Origin: Pocillopora damicornis
Taxonomy: Eukaryota
DNA: 64,000 nt
Assembly: GCF_003704095.1 (NCBI RefSeq)
Contig: NW_020847344.1
Span: 186,001-250,000, forward strand
Reading direction: 5' to 3'
Shown here: one piece after another, positions 41,171-51,885 of the stretch
Position numbering within the stretch: position 1 is the stretch's first letter
How the letters are laid out: each line of letters opens with the position of its first letter
Made by a program: the position numbers and the translations under genes
Notes under the pieces: model-generated
What the model saw: the letters and a program-made list of their open reading frames with translations, nothing else
Told to the model about the DNA's origin: nothing
The model's database searches: none

Positions 41171-42214
41171 ATGGATGGCAGAAAGTGTTTCAAGTGTGGC
41201 AAAACGGGTCACTTAAAGAGAGATTGTCCAGAAAAGGCAAACCATAATTTACAGAATGTAAAATGTTTTGCTTGTGGAAGGCATGGTCATTTTCAGAAGG
41301 ATTGTACCAACTTGGCAGACGGGAACACAGCTGACACAGCGTCTACCAGGCACTCAAAAAATTCTACAAGAAGCCGGAAAATGGAGGTGCAATTTCCAGT
41401 CAGCAAGTCAATGTTCATTGATACTCATTGTCATTTAGAGTATGTTTATGAAAGACTCAGACACACTGGAAGTTTGAAAGAGTTCCAGGCAAGGTATCCG
41501 TTCCCACCAAATTTTGAGGGTTGCATTACAACATTTTGTGATCCTGCAGCTTTTTCGTCGTTTGGCACTTGGTATGATGTACTTTCGGAAGAGAGTGTTT
41601 GGGGAACATTTGGCTGTCACCCTCACAATGCCAAATATTACAACGATGAGTTGGAAGCTAAAATAATTCAGTGTTTGGATCATCCCAAAGCCATTGCCCT
41701 AGGTGAGGTCGGGCTTGATTACTCTTCACATTGTACATCTCCCCCTGAAGTTCAAAAAGAAGTGTTTACTAGACAAGCCAACTGGGCTGTAACACTAGAA
41801 AAACCATTGGTTGTTCATTGTCGTGATGCGGAAACAGACACGCTTGAAATTCTTAAGTCCTGTCTACCACAAGACTGGAGAATCCACTTGCACTGTTATA
41901 CTGGATCAAGTGCATTTGCAACCAGTTTTTTTCGAGAATTTCCAAACCTTTTCATAGGAATGACAGCAGTGGTTACTTTTGCTAAAGCTACAAATATTCA
42001 TGAACTTGCATTTGATGTGCCTTTAGAAAAGCTTCTACTGGAAACTGATGCACCATATTTTGTTCCATCGCAAGTGGCTGATAGGCATATCAAGTTCAGC
42101 AACCCTGGAATGGCAATATTTACTGCTCAGAGAATTGCAGAAATAAAGGGTGTTGCATTAGAAGAGGTCCTTGAAACAGTTAGAAAAAACACTGCACGTG
42201 TTTATGGTATTTAA
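41171..42214 (+). CDS. TatD-family DNase (TATDN2-like) with two N-terminal CCHC zinc knuckles; single coding exon
   Basis: CFKCGKTGHLKRDC and CFACGRHGHFQKDC (CX2CX4HX4C twice). TatD motifs FIDTHCH, GCHPH, GEVGLDY, VVHCR, HLHCYTG, LETDAPY, plus TATDN2-like GCITTFCDP. ATG at 41171 is preceded by an acceptor-like ttttcccttcag ending 41164. Confidence 0.9.
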   Translation: MDGRKCFKCGKTGHLKRDCPEKANHNLQNVKCFACGRHGHFQKDCTNLADGNTADTASTRHSKNSTRSRKMEVQFPVSKSMFIDTHCHLEYVYERLRHTGSLKEFQARYPFPPNFEGCITTFCDPAAFSSFGTWYDVLSEESVWGTFGCHPHNAKYYNDELEAKIIQCLDHPKAIALGEVGLDYSSHCTSPPEVQKEVFTRQANWAVTLEKPLVVHCRDAETDTLEILKSCLPQDWRIHLHCYTGSSAFATSFFREFPNLFIGMTAVVTFAKATNIHELAFDVPLEKLLLETDAPYFVPSQVADRHIKFSNPGMAIFTAQRIAEIKGVALEEVLETVRKNTARVYGI

Positions 42215-42469
42215 TCTCAGAATAGGAATGGTTTTTTTATTTAGATAGGTATCCATTTATGTTTTCACCATAACACCAACTCTTGGAGTGGGAGAGGGGC
42301 TGATGATAAGTTGAGGAGGTTAAACTGTTCCTTAACTCAAACTCTTTATATAGCATTTTTATTAGCTCTTCTTTTTTGAAGATTGGAAAAAGGATGTGCT
42401 TTGTACAAAATCAAACTCACACAAATTTTTTATGATTGCATTTTATTACATGCAAATTATATAGCTTAC

Positions 42470-42648
42470 ATGACCCATGTTGTACATGAACTTCGTAATG
42501 AGCCTTGCTCACCATAGAGTCTTTGTGGCTGTGTGGTGGAGCATCATAGTGCAGCAGAATTCATAGGTCTGAGGTTTGATTCCCCATGGAGACTCAGAAT
42601 TTTTTCTTTGTCCTTGCTTGTGAAAAGACAAAAAACATCTTTCTCCAG
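42470..42648 (+). mobile_element. SINE-like repeat (tRNA-like segment) between the TatD and MFSD3 3' ends
   Basis: gtggctgtgtggtggagcatc...ggtctgaggtttgattcc (A/B-box-like); the tail gactcagaatttttctttgtcc...aacatctttctc is shared with 46890-46975. Confidence 0.55.
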
Positions 42649-42760
42649 CTTGCATAATATTATTAAAATCTATGTGATAAATGTTATTTTGGTAAGAAAT
42701 GTTTGACTGTGATCTTTGAAGGTAAAGAACCAAAATTTACCAGAAAGGTTTTGATTTTCT

Positions 42761-44953
42761 TTAGGAAGATTTCTCCCTCTGAGATACCAGGCCATGTTTT
42801 AAAACAGGAAGAAATGACAATGCCAGTAGAAAGCACAATCCAAAGAAATACTGGTAACCAATAATATCTACTAGTATCCCAGATAAGGAAATCATCAGCA
42901 ATTTACCCAACACTTCTGATGTGGCAAGAACAGCACAGTGTGTTGCTTTAGCACCAGGTAAAGAATTTTGTGAACTTAACATCATGAGTGTGAATGTTGC
43001 AGTTGTGATTATTCCCCCACTTAGTTGTATGAAACATTCAATGATTGCAATTGCAGATTTTGTGAATTGTGTTAAGGACAGCAACCAAAGTGAGAGAAGT
43101 GGTACTAGTCTTGCATACGAAGTCCATAGGAGTACTTTAATCACCCATGACCTTAAATTCAAAATTAAAAACAGAGCTTTTTCAATATTGAGTGCAGTTA
43201 GTGCTGTGTCAAAAACAAAATCATGTAACAACTATTTATTAAGTAGTGTCCACATGCAAACAACAGTCAAAAAATACAATTGTTAAAAAAGGGCACAGGT
43301 TTTAAACAGGCAAAATTTACCCAAAAAGTTTCTGAAGTCTTGTAGCATGCCATAGAGGAACAATGGAGGGAAATGTACACTTCCCTTACCTATCAATAAT
43401 TCTAAGTATATTACGGTTGTGCTATTTACTCTTTGTTTACTGTTACTCAGTGGTACCACACATGTTTTGATTTATGTTTGTGTTATTTTGTCACCCTTCT
43501 GTGGTCAATATCTTACACATTTAATGCCCTTTTTCCTGTTGTCACTGTAATTTTATTCAAATTAGAAAGTACATTACAGATGTTAGTGATATGTTGACCA
43601 TTCACATTACCTGTGTCCATACTGCAGACTAACAATCCAGCCTCCTATGGTTGAACCACTGATTGAGAACAGTTGACCAAATATTCCAAATATTACCCCC
43701 ACTTGTTCTTGGGGAATTCTTTGATCAATCAGATACAAAGGCAGCATGCTAACAACACCTTGTTCGCCTAATTTGTATGTTGCAACATAGAACATCAGCC
43801 ATGAGAAGTCAACAGTCCTAATAGTAGTTCTAATGATCTTTAAAGGACTAAGCTTGCCACTTGTATTATCATTGGAGACTGACATAGATGAACGTAACTG
43901 ATTTCCTTTAATTTCCTGGTTTTTCAATGATACTCCCTTTGCTATTTCATATGTTGAACGTGTTTCACTGTTAATGTTTATTACTGAGATGATTAACATG
44001 ACAATGTAAAAAGAGCCCCAGAGGGTGAACAACCATTTCCAGCTGTAGTATACACTGAGCCAAGAAAGAATACCTCCTCCAAATAATGCACCCAGTTTGT
44101 AACCAACCACTTGTAGTGTGCTCGCCTTTCCTGAAAATGGAATAAAATGTTACCCTTTGGACTAGCAGTATTCCATTGATTGAGGTGTCTTGTCAAGTCA
44201 CAGGTCATTTGTGATCACTCAATCAACAATTTGACCAAATCAAAGGATTTTCCTCTAATGTTACATCCCTAGTTTGTGAAAGAGAATTTCCTAGGCTGTT
44301 ATGCATGCAGAGTACAGGCCACCTTCCACAAATAAAACCTACACAAGACACTATGAATGTTGAGAGATTATCTTGGACAGCGCTAAAAAAGATGTATTTT
44401 TAAGCTATGGTCTTGGGCAGAAAACAATAACCCTCTTTCCTTGATCTTATGGGTGAGGATTTCATTATTTTTCATAATTTGTTTGAATTGTTTGCATTAT
44501 TTAAACTATTCATGCTGAAGTTGTAAATGTATTCTTACCAAGATCTTCAGGTTCTAGCAGGCAAATTGCATAGGCATCCACTGCAACATCCTGTACAGCA
44601 GATGTTATGTTCATCCACAACACCCAGAACAGAACCAAAAGAGTATTGTGTTCTCCCACCCAGGCTGATGCAAAGCAAATTACGGCCATAATTAACGAGC
44701 CCAAAGTAATCCAAGAGTTAAAAGACCATAACTTATCAATCAAAGGTGCTATTGTGAATTTGAAAATCCATGGTAAACTTAATAGGCGGCTAAGGCCTAC
44801 CTTTGACAATGAAAACTTATGTTTCCTCAGAAATAATGGAAGAAGTTTGACTTGAAAGCCATAAGGCAATCCTTGACCGAAATATAAAAGAAACAACAGA
44901 ACATCAGAGCTCGCCATCTTGAAAAACAACAAATTCTTTAGTAGCCACGCCAT
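42761..44953 (-). CDS. MFSD3: Major facilitator superfamily transporter, MFSD3/AmpG-like
   Basis: Exons 44539-44953 (alternative ATG 44917), 43611-44130, 42761-43151 join in frame. Motifs LLYFGQGLPYGFQ, LPWIFKFTIAPLID, SAVQDVAVDAYAI, QVVGYKLG..FGGG, YKLGEQG, TTATFTLMM, ATH..VLATSEVLGKL. Confidence 0.88.
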
Positions 44954-45083
44954 CTTAATAGATGGAGCGGCTCCATAGCTGCATTTCGAATGTTTTCATG
45001 TCAAAAACATAGTTGCAAATCTATCCTCCTTTCTGCTGCTAAGACTGCTTGTCGGACACTATTAGTGAAAACCGGGTTTTATT
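44954..45083. promoter_or_regulatory. Putative bidirectional promoter of MFSD3 and P450 copy B
   Basis: Divergent ATGs 130 bp apart. YY1-like AAGATGGCG occurs at both candidate MFSD3 starts. Confidence 0.55.
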
Positions 45084-48000
45084 ATGTATTCTTTGTCAAG
45101 ATTCGCTCTCCGCAAAAATCTTCTCCCATGTATTGAAGTATTAAAACCCTTCAATTCACTTTTGAGATTTCAGAAAACCGAGGCAGTCTCTGATCGCAGC
45201 GGTGATCAGGAATCCGCAACTCAAGGTAAACCCTTCCAAGACATCCCTGGTCGCCCCAAAAACTTCAAATCTTTCGTAGAATTTTACTGGAAATCTGAGC
45301 GATTTACCAAAGGATACAAAATGCTGGACGAATTGTTTCGGACATATGGCCCTATTTTTAAGGAGTTCGTTTTCTTGGGGACGTACTCCGTGCATCTCAT
45401 TGATCCTGTTGATCAAGAAAAAGCTCTACGTGCCGAAGGAAAATATCCCACCAGAGTAATGATTGACTTTTGGCTGGAGCATCGACAACGCAGGAATTAT
45501 TTCCCTGGCATTTTGCTCTTGTAAGTCACGATTCTCCATGTGCCCAAATACACTTCGCGTGACATGACAGTATCGCCATTTAATTATGCGAAGCAGAAGG
45601 AGGTGAACACGCGAGTTCTTTTCACCAATGCTGTTTCTAGATATATAATTTTAATTCACACAATCAGATACGTTTTTAGATCGATAGACACGTTTCGTTT
45701 TCCACCGACCTGCTAGTTTTGCATAAGCTCGGCGCTCTTTATTTATTTAGGACCTGTTTACATGGATGTGGGGAAACCTAGGTAGTTGAGGTAACCCGAG
45801 GTTATCCCATGCAGTCTTACAACCCCGGGATGCAGGAGCGAGGTTTCCCGAGGTTGTTATCGCACTTGTAGTTAAGGAGTTTAAGATGTCACTACGGCGA
45901 CGTGTGGTAAACGTTGCCGTAAAAAACGTAATTTATTTTCTTCTAAGATTTTCGCCATCAGCTCGATGCATTAACCGTTTCTGACGGTACAACGTCTTCA
46001 CTTCGGCTCAACATGTGAATGTGGTGCTGAGTTCAAAGTAACATCGTGACTAAATCGCTGTCGAGGTTTCATTGCTAAGAGGACGTAAAAATTGGTGTTT
46101 TAACGTTTAAGCTCTGCATGAGACTGCTAGGAAATGAACAAAGTTTTAACACACTCGTGTTTGGTTTTTTTTTTTTGGCTCATTTTTTTGGATCTTTTTG
46201 TAACATGGACGCCACCCTGGCTGGCGGGTAACCCCACCTTGAGAAGTTTACATGGCAAACTGTCACTCTGGCAGACAGGGTTACCCTGCCCAGCAGCCTG
46301 GGCAACCTGCCTAGGCAGGTCACCCCACCTATCATGTAAACGTGTTCAAGATAAAATAAGAGATTTTATGGATGGGCAGGTTACCACACTTGGTGGGTTA
46401 CCTCACCAACCTGGGGTCCCCTACCTCCATGTAAACAGGCCCTTAGACAGACTTAAAATTAAATCTGTGACTTAAAGGCTTGTTGCAAGCTTCCAGACAC
46501 GGAATTCATAAACACTCTGTGTCCAGCAGTTGAAAGTTTTCCTCAATTTTTAATTTTATTGTGAAATTACATTAGAATTATAATATGCTAGTCAGAGCTA
46601 TCTTTGTTTACATTGGTAATAATTTCATGATTATGCTTGTTGTCTTCACAAATGTTAATCGAGGTACAATTGATTGTAGCAAGCTTCTGGACACGAAGTC
46701 AAAATACTCCATGTCTGGCAGTCAAATATTTTTTTAAATTTTATGTTTTTCTTGTTGATAGACTCAAAACAGTAGGTTGCCTGCTGTAAACAGAATAAAT
46801 GAGATGGTAAGGTTCGAACTTGGTAAAGAAATAGAGAAAGATGTTTTCATCTTGTCACAGGTGTGGGACAAAGAAAAAATTCAGGGCCCTCAAGGTCTGA
46901 GGTTCAATTTCTCCTGGGGACTCTGAATTTTTTCTTTGTCCCACACTCATGACAAGATGAAAACATTTTTCTCTAATGTTATTATTGTTTAAAAAACAAA
47001 AGAATTAGTAAATAATTTTTACTGCCAGACAGGGAGTAATTTCAAAAACCAATCCAGGCTGCTGGACATCTAGACACAGCTTTTTACTAATTGATCAAAC
47101 TATAACAAAATCTGAGAAACAAACTAGTTATTGGTTATACGTTTTCTTAAATTCTGCTGTAGTTGTATTCATTAACCCAAGCACTCAATGAAGAGGACAA
47201 ACAAACACTGACAGAGTAATAGCAAGCATATTCTAAAAATTTGTTTTTCTCAATTAATGAACAACATATTTTTGTGAATCTGACAGACAAGGAGAAGAGT
47301 GGTACAGAGTACGACACAGTGTAGCTCCAAAAATAATGCGTCCAAAGATTATGGAGGAAAATATTGATAACTTTACTGCTGTAACAAAAGATGCAATTGC
47401 AAGGCTTGCCAAACTAAAGGAGGAATGTGGACCTGACAGACACATTCCAGACTTGGAGGAGGAACTTAGTAAATGGGCTACAGAGAGTAAGTCAATCAAA
47501 ACTGGTTGTACTTTCAATTAATGTGAGTTATCTGTGACCTATAGATGTAGTTTAAGTGAAGTTTCATGGACAGTATGAGAATCTATTATATAAACATCAA
47601 TGAAATACCAAGTAAACTTTCATATGAAAACATATCTTCACACTTGAAGATAGCATGTTAACTGTGTATCTTCACAGGTAGAAAGACCACTGTTGCTACG
47701 GTTATATATAAAAAAAGTTAAAGTGAAATTGTTTTGTTTTCATCTGTGTTTTTCTTAACAGATAGAATGTTGTGTGGCTGCATAGAGATAAGAAATTTCT
47801 CTTTGAGAGTTGAAAAATATTTCTTGAGTGAGGGAAACAAACAAGTGAAATATTTTTCAATACAAGATGTTATATCTTGTTATGTTATAATATGTTATTA
47901 TTATAATATGTTATTTAATATGTTATGTTATAATAATAACAAGATGTTATATCTATATCCACTTAATATCCTATATATAATTCAGTATTAAAAAATGTGG

Positions 48001-51000
48001 GTCACCAAGTTTGAATTTGACTTCGAAGTTGAGTTGAGAGCCACATTAAGGTAGAGTAATAGCTGTGTCTCAAAGGCTGTATTTTTTGCCAAAATTAGTC
48101 ACCTAATATGTCAAAAAAGTGGAAAGTTAGGATTTTTTTTTTGATATGACAAATGAGAATGTGTGGAAGCTATGATCCATTTAATAATTGGTATTTGAAA
48201 GTAAGGAAACCATTTTGAGCCTGCTTTTTATCAAATATGCATATACCCAAATGTGGATCAATGTCTGCCACATTTGATTGTCAAAGTTATCAATTAGGTG
48301 GCATGTACCCCTCTCATCACCAAAGCAAACCAAAAAACTTTGCCTAAAGAGGTTTTTGAAGGGTTGTCTCAAGCCATCCTATACTTAATGGACTTTTAAA
48401 TTTGGGGAAAGCTGATCAGGAGGCGGGAGTGTGCATAAATATGTTGTGCTACCATTCCATTCTGCAAGGCAGAATGGAATGGTAGGCTGACTTGCAGTTT
48501 AACCAGAGTGATAAAAGCTTTTTGTGGTAATTAGAAATGAGGCCCTTTATCTCAATAATGAGAGAATGAAACAACAATGATGATGAAAATTGGGCCTCGG
48601 GTTAGGAAACTGGATAACAGGCTGTGAGGTGGATGTTACAGGCTTTTGATAGAATGGACTTCCTTTAAGCAAAGTGTTGTTTGATAATTGTTGTTTTTTA
48701 TATTGTATTTATTCATTTTATCTTCATGTTTTGATTGAATTAGGAAGTAAACATTCTTTTTTTTACTTTTTCAAGGTGTGGGAACACTTGCATTTGATTC
48801 CCGCCTAGGGCTCTATGAAGATCCTCCTAAAGAAGAAGCGATGCGATTCATCATAGAGGTTCATAACTTGTTCTCAATCAGTCATAAGTTGTTTTTTAGT
48901 GTATCAAGGCGACTTGGTAAGAACTTCAGCATTGATACACCATTACTAAAGAAATTCTTCAAGACTGCTGATACCCTTATAGAAATTGGGGAAGGTTTTG
49001 TAGATAAGAAGATGAATGAATTGAAAGAAATGTCAGATAAAGGAATTGATAACACTCAAGGCAAGTATTCAGTTAAATATGTCCTTTTAGTAAATTTATG
49101 CAATTATATGATTATTACATAGTTGTATACGAGTCTATGAGTCTGTAAGGTAAATTGTAAATTCTCAACATGTTGTCTTAACCACAGTTGCAACAATTTT
49201 TGTACATTGACCAATGATGGTATGGATTTTGTTCATAAGTTCTCTTTGAAAATAATGATATAAAAAAATGTAATCACAGCTTAATTCCCAATTTGTCTTC
49301 AATTATTTTCAGTGATCACCATCTTATGTATGTTCTTTTCAAACAGCTGTTCCACTGTTAACCTACCTGCTCACAAAAAAGGAACTGACTCCTCAAGAGG
49401 TTGTAGGTGTTCTTCTTGATGTGGTTGGTGCAGGAGTTGATACAGTAAGTGATATAATCAATGACATGTTTCTGTCAATTACTGCACGAGTAGAAAATTG
49501 AGCAGAGTTTTCCTGTAGGTAAATATAGAGTCAGTAATATTTCCAGGGTGGCTAATTAGCAACATTAACCCATCTATTGAGANNNNNNNNNNNNNNNNNN
49601 NNNNNNNNNNNNNNNNNNNNNNNNNNNNNNNNNNNNNNNNNNNNNNNNNNNNNNNNNNNNNNNNNNNNNNNNNNNNNNNNNNTGGATGTTGTATAATTTG
49701 GGAAGAAATCCACATGTACAAGACAAACTCTATCAGGAAGTGGAAAGTGTTGTTGGAAAAGATGCAGATGTTACCTCTCAGAGTCTAGCAAAACTGTCAT
49801 ATTTGAAGGCCTGTCTTAAAGAAACAATGAGGTAAACTTACTCTGCCTTACTGAAAAAAAANNNNNNNNNNNNNNNNNNNNNNNNNNNNNNNNNNNNNNN
49901 NNNNNNNNNNNNNNNNNNNNNNNNNNNNNNNNNNNNNNNNNNNNNNNNNNNNNNNNNNNNNNNNNNNNNNNNNNNNNNNNNNNNNNNNNNNNNNNNNNNN
50001 NNNNNNNNNNNNNNNNNNNNNNNNNNNNNNNNNNNNNNNNNNNNNNNNNNNNNNNNNNNNNNNNNNNNNNNNNNNNNNNNNNNNNNNNNNNNNNNNNNNN
50101 NNNNNNNNNNNNNNNNNNNNNNNNNNNNNNNNNNNNNNNNNNNNNNNNNNNNNNNNNNNNNNNNNNNNNNNNNNNNNNNNNNNNNNNNNNNNNNNNNNNN
50201 NNNNNNNNNNNNNNNNNNNNNNNNNNNNNNNNNNNNNNNNNNNNNNNNNNNNNNNNNNNNNNNNNNNNNNNNNNNNNNNNNNNNNNNNNNNNNNNNNNNN
50301 NNNNNNNNNNNNNNNNNNNNNNNNNNNNNNNNNNNNNNNNNNNNNNNNNNNNNNNAGTTCAAATATGAATATTATAAATAATTCTTTCCTTGGACTATTT
50401 ACTGTGAAACTGTTTCTGGAAAGCCTCTAACCGGTATGTGTGGTGTGCGAATATACGCAGGTAGAGCCCCTATTATNNNNNNNNNNTAATAATCTAAAGC
50501 CTTGTCTTGTCAAACTCAGCTCAAATGATATCACTGTTTTATCCCTTTTATTTGATCCAGGACTGATGCAATTCCTAATTATTCTTGCAGACTTTAATAG
50601 TTTTAGAAAATTACTGTACTGCTCGCTCAGAAAAGTACTTTGAGGATCCTTTAGAGTACAAACCAGAGCGCTGGCTGCGAGAACAGAGGGAAGAGGCTCA
50701 CGCTTTTGCAAGTATTCCATTTGGATTTGGACCTCGTATGTGCCTTGGTGAGTAANNNNNNNNNNNNNNNNNNNNNNNNNNNNNNNNNNNNNNNNNNNNN
50801 NNNNNNNNNNNNNNNNNNNNNNNNNNNNNNNNNNNNNNNNNNNNNNNNNNNNNNNNNNNNNNNNNNNNNNNNNNNNNNNNNNNNNNNNNNNNNNNNNNNN
50901 NNNNNNNNNNNNNNNNNNNNNNNNNNNNNNNNNNNNNNNNNNNNNNNNNNNNNNNNNNNNNNNNNNNNNNNNNNNNNNNNNNNNNNNNNNNNNNNNNNNN

Positions 51001-51435
51001 NNNNNNNNNNNNNNNNNNNNNNNNNNNNNNNNNNNNNNNNNNNNNNNNNNNNNNNNNNNNNNNNNNNNNNNNNNNNNNNNNNNNNNNNNNNNNNNNNNNN
51101 NNNNNNNNNNNNNNNNNNNNNNNNNNNNNNNNNNNNNNNNNNNNNNNNNNNNNNNNNNNNNNNNNNNNNNNNNNNNNNNNCATTTTTTTTGTAAGGTCGT
51201 CGTTTGGCGGAATTGGAAATTTACCTGTTTGTTTGCAAGGTGAGAATGTCATGTTTCAAACGCACTGTAGTTGCGGAATCTTTCTTGAAGTTTTGATTCG
51301 TTTGTCTTATTCTTTGTCTTGCAGCTACTGCAGCGGTTTCAAATTGAATACAATCAAGGTCCGTTGGAAATGTACCAGAAGATTCTTATGGTTCCTGATA
51401 AGCCGGTTAAGATCAAACTAATCGACCGCCGTTGA
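45084..51435 (+). CDS. Cytochrome P450, mitochondrial clan, copy B (paralog of copy A)
   Basis: Exons 45084-45520, 47287-47486, 48776-49060 (GC donor), 49347-49444, ~49683-49831 (5' end in gap), one exon presumed in gap 49862-50355, 50591-50747, 51196-51239, 51325-51435. Basic N-terminal presequence-like MYSLSRFALRK; GAGVDT; YLKACLKETMR; PERW; [10 protein letters not shown]. Intron positions match copy A. Confidence 0.93.
45750..46442 (+). mobile_element. PIF/Harbinger-like MITE (family 2) with a nested insertion at ~45870-46200
   Basis: TIRs ggacctgtttacatgga / tccatgtaaacaggccc, flanked by TTA on both sides (45747-45749, 46443-46445). Confidence 0.7.
46833..46975. repeat. Inverted repeat (hairpin) of the same SINE-like family in P450-B intron 1
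   Basis: agagaaagatgttttcatcttgtca..gtgtgggacaaagaaaaaattcag pairs with ctgaattttttctttgtcccacac..tgacaagatgaaaacatttttctct. Confidence 0.8.
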
Positions 51436-51885
51436 CTCATTTAAACCTTCCATATTACACAGTCATAGTCACTCAGCATCCCCTCCCCCTCTATAAAGAA
51501 CCGTGCTAACACTGAGTGATGTCTTAATGAAAGGCCATATCACCCGTATTGACACCATTGAATTAGTTTTATTGATACAAATGATGCCAAAAAAGTCATG
51601 AAAAGCTGAACTCGGGAATNNNNNNNNNNNNNNNNNNNNNNNNNNNNNNNNNNNNNNNNNNNNNNNNNNNNNNNNNNNNNNNNNNNNNNNNNNNNNNNNN
51701 NNNNNNNNNNNNNNNNNNNTTAATCATATAATTACATTAAGTATATTTTACACTACAGAAGTCAAAAGATAAGAGACGTTTTGGTCAGGTTGCTTCCCTT
51801 TATAGCCCNNNNNNNNNNTAACATTTAAATTATTCTATTTCTATCCATAAACATATCCAATTTGTACAGTGGTTCTCGGTGTCAT

